Below are positions 1 to 13,149 of a stretch of DNA of 64,000 nucleotides, piece after piece (position 1 is the stretch's first letter; every line of letters begins with the position of its first letter). Both the position numbers and the translations under genes were made by a program. Under the pieces are notes generated by a model. That model was not told where the DNA came from, searched no databases, and saw only the letters and a program-made list of their open reading frames with translations. This DNA comes from Rhizophagus irregularis (taxonomy: Eukaryota), in contig NC_089434.1 in the NCBI RefSeq assembly GCF_026210795.1, positions 1,922,001 to 1,986,000 of the forward strand, given 5' to 3'.

Positions 1-40
1 TATTAAACTGAGTAATTGATTTTATTACTTTGATAAACTA

Positions 41-225
41 CAGTCAGAACTCGATATACCGATATTCGATATACTGATACATTATTAAAAACTTGAATAT
101 ACCGATAAAATTTTACATTCCCACTATATGTGAGGACATATAAATATCGGTATAATTTGATATAACGATATTTTTTAAATTTTTTCTTATGAGTCCCGAC
201 ATATCGATATATAAAGGTTTGACTG
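41..225. mobile_element. Tc1/mariner (pogo/Tigger-like) MITE
   Basis: TA|cagtcagaactcgatataccgata ... tatcgatatataaaggtttgactg|TA: imperfect ~24-bp TIRs starting CAGT, flanked by TA on both sides. Confidence 0.75.
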
Positions 226-567
226 TAGTAGGTAATTTTTATCTCAAATGAGCGTCAATAAAAAAAATGTTAATTGTAATGAAAAGAGATAATTAACAAT
301 AAATGAAAAACAGAAACACCATATCAGATATGGGACACATAGAATATTGTCCAGCATTTATGAGATGAATTAGAAACTGAATATTTTAGGCATTTTTTTT
401 TTTGTATAATTTATTCGTATAATAATTTAGTTTATTATATGTATAAAAAGAATTATTTAAATTACAAACTAAAACCTTGTAAAAATATTTTACTACTCTA
501 ATTTTTAGTGTTTAAATAATTCAAAATAAAGTATAAATGAATGATAAAAATAAATTTATTTGTATTC

Positions 568-2915
568 TTAATTTAGTTTATCAGATGGTATTTCTAAAAA
601 TAAGAAAAAAATAACAGATCAGAATACAAATTTATAGTAAAAAAAAAAATTATTTTTTAAAATATTTAAGAACCAACCATCAGGAATTTCTAATTCATCT
701 TGTTCTTCTGAATGGAGATTTGGACTATCATATACTTCTTCATCTATAAAAAGAAAAATGAATTTTTTAGTTTAACATTATATAAGAGATAAAATTTTTA
801 ATATATTTAACTAAATATTGAAAAAAAAATTTTATCTTAATGTTGTTCCTTACCATTAATTGGTCCTTTTATTTGTTGTTGTATAGTTTCCTTTTTATTA
901 TCATTTTGAATGTCTATATTTTTAAATAAAATAAATAAAGCTCAATTTAATATATACTGTACTGCTTTAGTATGACGAATAATTATAATTATTATACTTA
1001 CCATTCTTTGAATTTATTTGTAATTTCTTAAATACTTTAGATAACCTTTTACTACTAGCTAAATAAGACAAATTTATTAAATATTATTAACTCAAAAATA
1101 ATTAAATATATATAGATAAATTACCTTTAAAATAATTATTGATTTTTGACGTCTTTTGATTACTTGAATTGTTAAAATCATCAACTAAAAATGGAAATCT
1201 AATTAATAAATAGTCCAATTAAAATGAAATTTATAATGAACACTTACTATTATCAGGAATATTAAAGTCATATGTTTTACTGTGAAATCCTATTTTTTAA
1301 AAAAAAAAAATAAATGAGAAAATGATTTAAACATTTATTTTAATAATTAATAAAATACTAATAGTAAAAAAATTAACCTTCTTGTTCTCCTATAATTATT
1401 TAAATTAAAAAAAAAGAATTAACAATATATCCTAATGAATAATAAACAAAAATATAAATAAATAATACCTTCTGTTGCATTCTTTGGTTCAGGTAGATTG
1501 TCAAATTGATGAATTTTACTTGTAAACACTCTGCTACTACTTGTATAATTTGAATTGGTTTTTGTTTCAGAATTATTTTTTGCTTTTAATTGAAACAATT
1601 CATTTGGCTTATTTTGATATAATAAATGAATTTCTCTTATTTTCTCAATAAGTATATCAATATCAGGCCTTTTTGATGGATCAGCATCCCAACATTGTTC
1701 CATTAAATTTTTATACTCTAAAGGAATTTCTGACACAATTTCTGGTCTCATACCATTAATTATATCCATTGCAAGATCATAATCATCATGTTTATAATTA
1801 ATAAATGGTGTATATCCAGATGAAATTTCCCACATAAGTATTGCAATACTATAAATATCAGATGCGAAAGTATATCCTTTTCCATTAATAACTTCTGGTG
1901 CTATATAGGGAAGATTTCCATATATACTTTTTGATGATTTATCAGCAGGTCCACAAAATCCAAGATCACTAATATACCAACCATCATTAAATTGTGAAAA
2001 TAATATATTTCCAGAATGCAAATCTCTATGAATTGCATTCTCTTTATGAATCCAATAAAGTGCTTCAATTATTTCATAAACAATTCTAAATTTTCCTTTC
2101 CATGTAAGTTGATTATAATTTTGTTGTAAATATTTTCTTAAATCCATATCCATTTTCATTATTACAAGCATATAATTTCCATCCGATATATCTTGTGTTA
2201 AACCACAACATCGGGTAATATATGGGAGTTTAGCGCTCATAGTTAAATGTGATTCAGCCTATAAAACTTATTATTAATAAAAAAAAGATTGGATTAATTT
2301 TATAGATAAATTTAAAATACAAACCTCTTCAAACCAACTTTGATTTGCACTTTCAACATTTTCTAATTTTTTTAGTACTATTTTTATAGTTCCAGATCTT
2401 CTTAATTGTTGTTTTTCAGAATCCCATTCTTCATAGTTTCCATTAATCCAATCTGCAGTATAAATTTCAGAGAATCCGCCTTTTGTTAGATATTTAATAT
2501 TTTTGAAGTTATTATATGGAATCCATTCAATTACATTGTCTGGCCCAAGACATTCCATTTGACATTTTAGTATTAAATTATCAATATCATCATTTCCAGA
2601 AGTCCAATTTAAAAAATTATCTTTTAAATAATTTCGAATACAATATTCACAATATAATGTCGCTAAACATTCTTGCTTACAAGTTTCACAAATTCTTTTT
2701 GATCCCGTATTACTAAGAACTTTATTTCGGTCATAAGTTTCAGTTATTCTTTTAATTGCTACAGCTTTTTCATTATCTGTAAGAAGTTTATCAGTAAGAA
2801 TGAATTGTTTTTTAAATTCATGTTGTTGGTGCATATCAGTATAAATATTATAATCAATTAATGAAGTTGCTCTACTAGTTGTTGCATAAACTAATTCATA
2901 ACGAATAGGAGACAT
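568..2915 (-). CDS. Multi-exon TKL-type protein kinase with Cys-rich N-terminal domain (paralog 1)
   Basis: Exon 1 2915-2325 (CETC..C..CEYC, NWTSGN, KGGFS, VLKKL); 66-nt GT-AG intron 2324-2259; exon 2 2258-1469 (HRDLHSGN, DLG, APE, SDIYS, CW..DPSKRP); several micro-exons including a 12-nt exon at 1389-1378; PNLHSEEQDELEIPD exon at ~745-678; probable stop TAA at 570-568. Confidence 0.9.
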
Positions 2916-3049
2916 AATGCAACTTATAAAAGTTTAAATGAAAATTTTTATTTATTGATAAAAAAACCAAATTGGAGAAGGAAATTTTTTTTAGTTTAGG
3001 ATCCACTTAATAATGTAACCATAAATTCTAATTTCGGTATAACCTGAAT

Positions 3050-3394
3050 TAAAGGTCTGCAAACGGGACCCAGAACCCGGAAACCCTAACCCGGCCCGGA
3101 CACGGATCCGGGTTTGGGCCGGCAAATTTTCTTCAAAATTCGCCCGGGCCGGGTCCGGGCCGGCACATGAATTTTCGTCAAGGCCAAAATCGTCTTAATT
3201 CCGGCCGAAATTAAACTGGCCAAAATTAAGTTGGCCAATTTTTTTGTTTTTACAACAAAATAATATAATAAAAGTCCGGGTCCGGTCCGGGCCGGTTTTT
3301 GATATTTTAAGTCCAGGCCGGGCCGGGTACTTTATGTTGATTTGCAAGTGCGGGCCGGGCCGGGTTGTAAAATAGTGGTCAATGCAGACCTCTA
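3050..3394 (+). mobile_element. hAT-like MITE, copy A
   Basis: TIR ta(a/g)aggtctgca...tgcagacctcta; GC-rich internal ccggcccgg motifs; near-identical inverted copy at 5874-6202; 8-bp flanks acctgaat / gtccatac. Confidence 0.85.
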
Positions 3395-5029
3395 GTCCAT
3401 ACCATTGCGATCTGTTGATCTGCCAATCTGCCAATCTGCAGATTTATTCGATTTGAAACCATCCGGATTTGCTCTGGATGAAGGTACGAATGATTCGTCA
3501 TGACGTCATCTGCTATTTCTGTATATAAATACGGATCCATTTATTCGATTAGTACTATTTTATAGTAACTGATGGTTATCCGGATCCATTATTTACGGAT
3601 CGGACATCTGGATTTTTATATTGAAATTCATTCGGATGGTCATCCGGATCATCCATTTATTTAAGGACCAGATTAAACGGGTGACGAATCCATCCAGATC
3701 GTATATTTGAAAATGAATTTTAGTTAATTCATATATTTAAAAATTTTATTCAGTTTTAATTTTATTAAGTATATTGTTTGATCACACTAAAAAAATATAT
3801 ATATAAAGAAAAATCAAATGATTGTAAAGTAATATTTTTGTTATTTTTGTTAATTTTTAAATATTTTAAAATAAAAATTTGATAAATGATATTTGAAAAT
3901 ACTCACTATGAATAAATTTTTATTTTTTCAAGGTGGGTAACTCCTAATTATCATGAAAATTTCCGAGAAAAAAAATATTACTATGTAATCGAATTAGTTA
4001 AAGACTTTAAGTAATAGTATACTTTATATTTAGTATCGATCATCAAAAGCTTTTTCCAATGATAGGTGATTGAGTACTATGGCCCACCGTAGACACAAAG
4101 GGTTGACAAAAAACATCATGTTTCAATGTTCCATGATGACTTTTATTTTTGGTTTTTATTTTTTATTTTTTATTTTTGTCACAGAAAGAAATAACTTAAA
4201 TAACTTCCGAAAGTAGATTAGACTTTTCATTCATGTTTAACATTATGCTTTTCATTATATGACAATTATGATATGACGATTTTTCATCATAGTCTTCATT
4301 AAGTTTCCTAATATGGAATTTTATTAACCAAAAATGTCTAAATTTTAACAATCTTGAATACTAGCGAATTAAAAGATTTACAAAAAAAAAATTTTTATTA
4401 AAAAAGAAAAATTTAAAGAACCCAATTTTTTATGAAAAATAAAGAATTCTTATTAAATGTATTTGATTATTTTAAGCAAATTAATTTGATAAAAAGGGCT
4501 TTAATAAATTTAATAAAATACTTTCCATAACATTTACAATAAATTAATAAATTCACGAAAATTAATAATATTCTTAAAGTAGTATGTGTAACGAGAGTAA
4601 AATTAATTTGCGAAATTAACAAGAAAATGAGTTTTTACTGGATTATTTAATGACAATTGCTAGATTTTTTTAATAGAAAACAGAAAAAATCAAACATTTT
4701 TTAGTTTAAATTTTTATTTTTATATTTTTTCTTATATTTTCTTTATAATTTGCCAGCAAAGGTAATCTTTTTTTTGTATAAATTTTTCATATCCTTGTTT
4801 CACATGTTTAAAATTAAGTAATGCTTTTTATAAACGTGATAATAGCAAAATACCAGAAATTTCTAAATTTGCAAACAAAAAAGCTATAATCTTTAAATAT
4901 TGTTGTCGAGCCAGGATTATATTTTTTATAAAGTCAATTTAGCAACTAGCAATTGTATTAACAAAATTTATTCATTACTTAAAAATTAAGTACTGAAACA
5001 AATGTCTCTACACTTTTTCTAAATCTTAA

Positions 5030-5873
5030 TCATGAATTTCTTAATTTTCTTATTCAATTATACAAATTCATTTTTCAATAGTACTAATTGTTTTAGCCGA
5101 TACCCTGGATAATAACTACATTCCATAAATAAACTGACTAAATCTAAATAGCACAACTATCAAATAAAAAAAAAATCACTAACATTTAAAACTTTTATAA
5201 TCATTTATATTTTTAATTATTTATTTTAAATGTAAAAATGCTTGTGTAGAAATCATGATTATTAACTGTATAGCATACTCAAAAATAATTTATTTTGTTT
5301 GCTTATAATACCATATCTTACTTCATGACATTCAAGATTATGCTAGTAAAATTAGGATTTATGGTTACATTATTAATTGAAACTTAAGTACGTCTTGAAA
5401 AGAAAAAAATCCTTTTCCCATTTTTCCAATTTTTTTTTTTACTTTTTAAACTTTCTTAATTAGTGCCTTTATGATTTAATGTATATGGCATATTTTTTAA
5501 TATTACATACTAATAATTGTAATCAAAATACCTTCCCAATATTTTTTATCAATTTACACTAATCAAAATATTTCTTTATCACTTTCTTAATTTTCTTATT
5601 CAATCAATCACATTCATCTTCAATAGAACTAATTATTTTAGTTGGTTGATAATAATTACATTCTATAATAAACTGTTATCTAAGTAGCACAATTATCATA
5701 TAAAAAAAAAATTACCTAGTTTAGAAATTTATTATTCATTATTTTTAGTTATCTATTTTTAAAATGTAAAAATATTTGTGTAGCAATGATTAACTGTACA
5801 ACATATCCAAAAATAGTTTATTTTTTTCTTTATAAATTGTGTAATTTCTTGTCTTACTACATGACATCCAGGT
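5030..5873. repeat. Local direct duplication (~5030-5340 vs ~5580-5870), related to the kinase-1 upstream region
   Basis: ttcttaattttcttattcaat...tagcaca..tatca...aaatgtaaaaat..ttgtgtag...catgacat occurs twice. The reverse complement of 5340-5375 matches 3008-3035 (taataatgtaaccataaat). Confidence 0.7.
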
Positions 5874-6202
5874 TAGAGGTCTGCATTGACCACTATTTTA
5901 CAACCCGGCCCGGCCTGGACTTAAAATATCAAAAACCCGGCCCGGACCGGACCCGGACTTTTATTATATTATTTTGTTGTAAAAACAAAAAAATTGGCCA
6001 ACTTAATTTTGGCAAGTTTAATTTCGGCCGGAATTAAGACGATTTTGGCCAGAATTACGAAAATCCGGGTTTGACGAAAATTCATGTGCCGGCCCGAACC
6101 CGGCCCGGGTGAATTTTGAAGAAAATTTACCGGCCCAAACCCGGAGCCGGGTCCGGGCCGGGTTAGGGTTTCCGGGTTCCGGGTCCCGTTTGCAGACCTC
6201 TA
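5874..6202 (-). mobile_element. hAT-like MITE, copy B (inverted relative to A)
   Basis: TIR tagaggtctgca...tgcagacctcta; flanks atccaggt / gtatggac. Confidence 0.85.
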
Positions 6203-9200
6203 GTATGGACGTATGGACGTATGGTCGTATGGTCATATGTATAAGTTGTCATAAGTTGCTGCTTATGTTACAATGTTAACTTTATATATCTTGTAAACAA
6301 CTGAAACAACTTATACGATTGAAACATTTAATCAAATAATAATTTAAAAATGATATTACCATCCACTGCATATTTTATTATTTGCAATTTATTTAATTAC
6401 ATCCATAATTAACTAATAATTAAATTATATATAAAGAACAATGTATACTTTTGCATATTAAATTGATTAGCAGAGCTTGCGTTTCTAAATATATTGTGTA
6501 ATTTACAGTATTTCTAGCAACAACATTTAGGGCCAAAGAAAATTATATTCAAATATTACAATGCTAAAAGCTATCACTAAAAAAGTACAAAAAATTATCA
6601 TTACATTAAGTCCTATTAAGCTGGTTTTAACCACAATTAAACTAGTAATTATAACTCCCATTTCATTTTCCTATAATTAAAAACTTGTTGACAACTTCCT
6701 TATCCTTCAAATCTTTGTACAATGGATGAGTGGCCCACAGGTGTGCACTTATTTCATGTAATGCTGATTGATTCAGCAATATACTCCAAGAAATATAGTA
6801 TTCTAGAATTTTTGAGAAGTAAATTTAATACAAAACCATAATCATGAAACACAAAATTAAATAAAAACTATTCTTGCCTGCATGATTTTCCTTTATAAGT
6901 TATAACATTCTTCTTGGTAAGTAATTTGGTTAATTTACCTTTCTTCTATAGATTTTTTATAATTCATAACATCTGTTATAACTTTTTCTTAACAAATTAT
7001 GAACGTGATCTTTTAGTATTCCGAATATTCATGAAGACTCAGCCAGTTATTGTAAAGTTTATTCCAAAGCTCTGTAAGAATGTGTGAAATCATAAGAAAT
7101 ATTATAGTACACATAATATAACTGTAAACTCTACCATAATAGTGAAGAAGTTGGATGGCATTTTGGTAAGTGAGTGTCATTTGGAATACTCTCAGAAATT
7201 GACATTGATGATCATTTTGTTACTAATAGATCCATGATAAATTCAGTATCCTGAAGAGGCAACAATTGCTGGTGTGATGGAGATTGAAAAAAGGCATAGT
7301 AAATTTAAAATATTTAATATTATCAACAATTTATGATGACAGCTATCAAAAAATTAAGAATATTGTTGATATATTTCTTTATTATAATGCATTACCAATT
7401 TCAGCAGGTTTTCTAGCAGATATTTTATACTATTCAAATCCCTCCTTATCATTTTTATTTGTTCCTATATTATAATGATAATAATAACAATAGTGTAAAT
7501 TATGTTGATATTTTTCAATACAGCAACTTTCAAAACTCGACATCTGTATCAGTTTTTGGTTACACCTCCATCATCATCACCAGATCCACTATTACAGCTT
7601 TATTATTGAATACCATAAATGGTATTATTCAGATACGAGAAAGAACCTGCAAAAGTCATTGTAAGATATACTGTATATATAGATCGATAATATATTGCAA
7701 ATTATACAAGGAGACAGAGAAAAGAAAGTGCCAAAAAATGTGTACTTTCCTTAATGGGTGACAAAATCTTCATATAATACATTTTCATACATATAATCAT
7801 TTATTAAAAAATAAAATATCAATCTATAATAAATTGGGTGTTTCTAAATTATGTTGACAAAAAGCTAGAAACATACTACTAGTAGACATTGAGATTAAAG
7901 ACCTCAGATAAGTACACTTCTCATTGTCTAAGTCTAAGCCATAATGGCGAGATAACGCATCAGTTTGTCAATTTCACTTCCAGTAATAAACTTATTCTTT
8001 TGCCTGAAAAAATCCCAAGGCGTTTGATTTCTCTTTTAGATTTGTTAATTTAGAACATGTAATCTTTCTCATTATAAACAATTTCTTTCTTGCTCTCATC
8101 AATTTTCAAGTCTCCTTTTCACATAAAAAATTTATTGGTTCTTCAGTTGTCTTATTTTTTTTTAGTTTCATCTGTTAACATGACCACTCATTTTCAGCAG
8201 AAATAGAGGAAGTAAAGGAGTAGAAAATATTATCAGTAAAAATTATATGAAAACTATAATTATTCCAATTTTTCTACTATTAAAGAAATCGATAGTAATT
8301 CCATTTATTTTTAAACTAAAAGAGACTAGCACTCTTTTGGTTGTTAAATCTTTAAATAAATTGTCTACTGTTATAAATGATGTATTAATTTATGTATTTG
8401 GTAATTAATAATATTTTTATTTTCATCACACTGTTCCTAATAATAATTCATGATTTTTTTTCTTAATATTCTCACAAATGATGTTTATTTTGTTTATTTG
8501 AAAAGAAAAACTATTATTATTAGAAAAAAATCAATCATCATTAAATTAAAATTTTTTTATGGTCGGACCGTGGGAATATCATGAATATCATGCAGCTGTC
8601 AAAATCAGTTCTCTGTGAAATAACTATTACTTAAAACAACTTAATATTAAACTACATCCTTTTTATCCTAAATGATTGGAAATCATTTAACTACATTAAC
8701 AAAAAAAAAATTTTTTTTTTATTATTTATATATTACATCATATTATTCGTTATATGATAATCTGTATAATAAATTCTATTCTATATTTAAAAATTATTTT
8801 ATTTATTATAGGGTTATCGTCTTTCGACGATACCTCTAGGTATTTTAAAAATTATGTTAATCTTTATGATTATAAATAATTAAATAAAACGTGTTACTAA
8901 TTAAAAAAAAATTATTTTATTTATTATGATTTTGATATATTTCATTATTTATTATATATCTATATACTTATCACCACTAGATTCGATTACATAAGTAAAA
9001 TAAAAAAATATTAACTATTGTTCTAACATGATATTATAACAAAAAATGGCTCGTGTGGGAAAATAATTTTATTATACAGTATAAGATTATTTAATTATAT
9101 AATATGATGTAATATGATGTAAAATATTGTTTTTCTTCTTTCTCGCAGCCTTTAGTTTTTTATACTTTGAAGCCTTTCAAAACTGAAAGGTCGGAAAAGA

Positions 9201-9329
9201 ATATTTCCAAGATTACGAATTTTTTATTGCAAACAGTTTTATCATCGGAAATATTTAGAAATTTATGTAACTCACTAATCGTTCATTGTTATCATACAAT
9301 CTTTATTATATTAATTGACGTAACGCCAT

Positions 9330-9880
9330 AGGACCCAGAAATATATATACAGGGGTAGGGTACACAGATGCGTCGCCATCATAGTGAAATTAGACGGAGT
9401 AAAGTTTTGATTTGCGTACAATTTTAGAATTTTTCATCTATAGTTAGGTCATCAAGATTGCGTATTTTTTATCAAAATTTTTATATATAAAAAATTAGTT
9501 TGCGTATTTTTGGCCTAAATTTGGCTAATCTTATATATATAATATATTTACTGTACGTACTTATTTAATTAACCGCATTGTAATATTTAGTATTAATTGA
9601 AAGAAATTTCTAAGGGTTAAAAAGTGAAATTTTAGAAAAATATTATTAAAAAAATGGTAAATTCTATTTTTTCACATTAGTATTTGGTTTTATAAATAAT
9701 ATAGAAGCCATGATAAAATAATTAATAACTTAATGTCTGAAATTTTATTTGCGTATTTTTGCAGGATTTTCAATATCAGGTGTCAATTATGCGTACTACT
9801 CATATAAAAAGTCTCTGCGTACAGCTCATAGTAAAAAAATTTTTCACCACCTGACCCCTATATATATATTTCTGGGTCCT
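9330..9880. mobile_element. Non-autonomous TIR DNA transposon with 8-bp TSD
   Basis: TIR aggacccagaaatatatata...tatatatttctgggtcct; TSD aacgccat at 9322-9329 and 9881-9888. Confidence 0.85.
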
Positions 9881-10679
9881 AACGCCATACTAATTGAGTT
9901 CCGTACTCACAAGTCACAAGTCATAACGGTTTCTTCAGTATACTATGAGTTTAACAGTTTAACTGTATTACTCACAGAGTTGCGACCAAACCGAATAAGT
10001 ATTAGTAATACCTAATTGACTAATCCCGTTTAAAATTCTATATTCATTTATTTTCTGATAAAGTGATAATTCGCAGCTTTACATTAATATACTAGAGTTA
10101 CTAACTTGCATATGCTTACTTTCTTTTTCGAATATGATAAGACACAGAACTGTGATAAAGATAAAATAAGTAATGTATTAAAAGAAGAAATTTACTTATA
10201 AGAGGGACAATTTAATGTTGTAGCCAAATTTCATTTAAACAAAATTTTATTTATTTTAGCGAATTATTATTGACTTCATTATTTAATATTACAATTTAAA
10301 ATGTGCAAGAAACGATTGTCGCCTTTTGCAAATTTAATAAATAAACCAAGATCGCATTGCTATTTTTCTAACGTTTTTTGAAGTATCGTATAGAATTGGA
10401 AAATATTCCCCCCTTTTTGATAAACTTATTTCTTTATTAGTAACTGTAGAAGAACAAATTACATGTTAAATATATTAAATATAAAAAATACATTGAAATA
10501 TTAGGGAAACAAAGTATCCTAAATCTCTCCATATCAAATCTCCGTATAATAAAACGAAGTAAAAATTAACTATCTAATTCTGCATGTATTCTATGTATTT
10601 ATTTCCCCATGATTTCCTGTCATTACCTAACCTAAATACGTCTTTTCTAACATTATATTTTTTATAACTTTTTTGACTC

Positions 10680-11990
10680 TTTTATTTATCAGTCTACGTC
10701 GTTCCCGCCTACACCACTATCTTCATCTTTTCTCTTTTTCTTTCTTTTTAAATCTTTTGTAATTCCCAAATGTTTTTCCAGTTCGATCGTATCTTTACAC
10801 ATATTATTCCGGATTTGTTGTTGTATCCTTATCATAAATTTGTCAAAAATATGAAACAGTAATTCACGTTGGCCTTTAACTTTACATATCTTCCATCACT
10901 TTTTATTAATAATACCTCTTTTTATTTCAGGATTCAAATTTTCGGTTCTAGTTATTAACGAAGCATTTGCCGCTAACTCCATAATTCTATCTTTGAAACT
11001 AACTATATCTTCTTCATTATATACTTCGTCACTTTCTATGTTGCTCAACACTTCGTCGATGCTATTAACAAAAATATTGTATTCAGTGTCATTTGCTCCA
11101 TTTTTGCTACAGATCTATGTGTTCCCATGTTTCTCCTTCTAATGAACATCTTGGGCATTTATTTGTATCGATACCCATATTTTTCTCTCCCATAGCACTT
11201 TATATGTTGGCAGAATCTTTAAAAAATTTTTGACCCTGAAACTTCTTGTCGTAGCATCGTCTCTATTTGTAATGTTTTTTTGACGTTGTAATTTCATTAC
11301 TTATCAACTTAAAGGACGCGCTCCAATCTATCGTTATGTTCCTTCCATTTGATTCACTGAAACAATCTTTGACATAGTCCAATAACATTATATCAATTTT
11401 CGTACAATGATATTAGAACTCAATTCTTTAAACCATGATCAACATGAGCCTTCTATCGGTATGTAATTCCATCCTAACGCATACTCATCGATCAACAAAT
11501 TACTTGTCATGATAATCACTTCTTCGATCGTCTCTTTACAACTAACAAGTTCTTTCTTTATCGCAGGTATCTTCACATCCTGTATTGTCTTTTGCATCCC
11601 AGCTTTGTCATCTTTAACTAACATCTTTACATTTTTTAATTCTAATAGCGTGTTGACAAAACTTACACATATATATATTGTTTATCATCTAATTCTCTCC
11701 GCACACTTCCTATTTTACTGTAACTATATAACCATTCAATAATATCCACATCTGTTCTTATTTCTATTTTTATATAGCATGGTAATATAATTATTGCGAT
11801 ATTTAACAGATCTTAATTTTCCTTCAAAATTAAATTTATCAACATAACTGTTTTTCGGAATTAACTCAAATCCAAAGAACCCGTCTAAACCCAATTCATC
11901 TCCTTTTTGAATCACTGCCCCTATGTTTACGATTACTTCTTTACCAACAATTCATTTTAGTCCTTCTTTTGTAAAGCCACTCAGCCAAAA
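10680..11990 (-). mobile_element. Degraded non-LTR retrotransposon (LINE) ORF2 3' fragment
   Basis: The minus strand reads, across frameshifts and stops, ...NKCPRCSLEE(E)TWEHI..C... (CxxC-x7-H-x3-C knuckle, ~11160-11105) followed by ...IELEKHLGITKDLKRK. This resembles LINE ORF2 C-termini. Confidence 0.6.
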
Positions 11991-13149
11991 GATTCCTCGG
12001 TAGGACCTCGAGTTATATATGGGGAGATCGGCACACATTTACCATTAGATCTACACATTTCTTCAGGCTATGTAATGCTGGTCGGCATTATCCACATATG
12101 GACATGATTTTGGCTCATCCCGAGCAAATAACCAGGACCTGACCTTTCTATGTATGGGCTCGGGGTCCTACCTCAATCAAATAAGTAATGTGATCTATAT
12201 TTATAATGTGGCATAACCAACTCCCCAGCGGTTATTGAGTGAAGCGTAACATTTATCTTGTGAACATTTTACTAATGGGAGCGCATTTTTTTGTATGAAA
12301 ATTTCATAAAATTCTAGTTCTTTGTATAAGCTAGTCAAGTGTACTGATATTAACGTACATACAGAATTTTATAAGATTACGAAAAATAGAAAGTAAGAAG
12401 TTGAGGGATTTTAATCAATGGCGTGGTGAAGGTATATTTGTAATAATCCAAATCTTCATTCATTGGAAACTTCAATACATTTAAATAATATATCATTAAA
12501 GAAAATACACTTTAAAATAAAATTAATTGCATGTGTTATAATATTCACAATCTTATTTTCTATATTTATTATTAAATTGTAATTATTTTATTAACCGGAC
12601 GTCATTTATTGTGCTGTTATCCTTTTACTCTATAAATAAATAATCTTTCAAAGGTTTAATTTATTTCTTTTTTTAAATCAGTAATTATCATAATCAAATT
12701 TCTTCATAGATAGATAGCCCTAAACCAAAAAGGGAAAGGAAAAGAGCGATATTTCCTTATAGTATCTTGCGTAATATAATTTTGTCTTCAATATCTTAGC
12801 GGTTCCACAAAGATGTATTATGATCAGATGATCATGCATGCAAAATCAGAGAAATATGATTATTCAACTCTATAATTATATGTTAAATAAGTAAATAAAT
12901 AAAAAATTACAGTATAAATTTGTCCAAAAAAAAAAGAATATTGTACATTAGTATTTATTTTTGCTTTGAAAAATAAACCCTTAAAATGTATTTTTTCGAC
13001 CTAATTTATTATCTTCGTACGTGTTGTACGCGTTTAGGTTAGTTAGGTTGTGGCTCTTTAATTGATTATATATTATATTATTTAACCATGATTAATATCA
13101 CCTATACTTTTCCTATGAAAGCTTGTACAACAAAAAAAATATATATTTA

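Noticed and set aside
3195..6236. ORFs 3195-3434, 5786-6037 and 6018-6236 with shared peptide sequence
   Set aside because: They are translations of the two non-coding MITE copies.
6600..8500. Possible decayed transposase on the minus strand
   Set aside because: Coding-like composition, but no motif or terminus could be identified.
12101..12172. SRP RNA or tRNA identity for the 12-kb hairpin
   Set aside because: No helix-8 motif or tRNA A/B boxes were found; kept only as an unassigned structured candidate.
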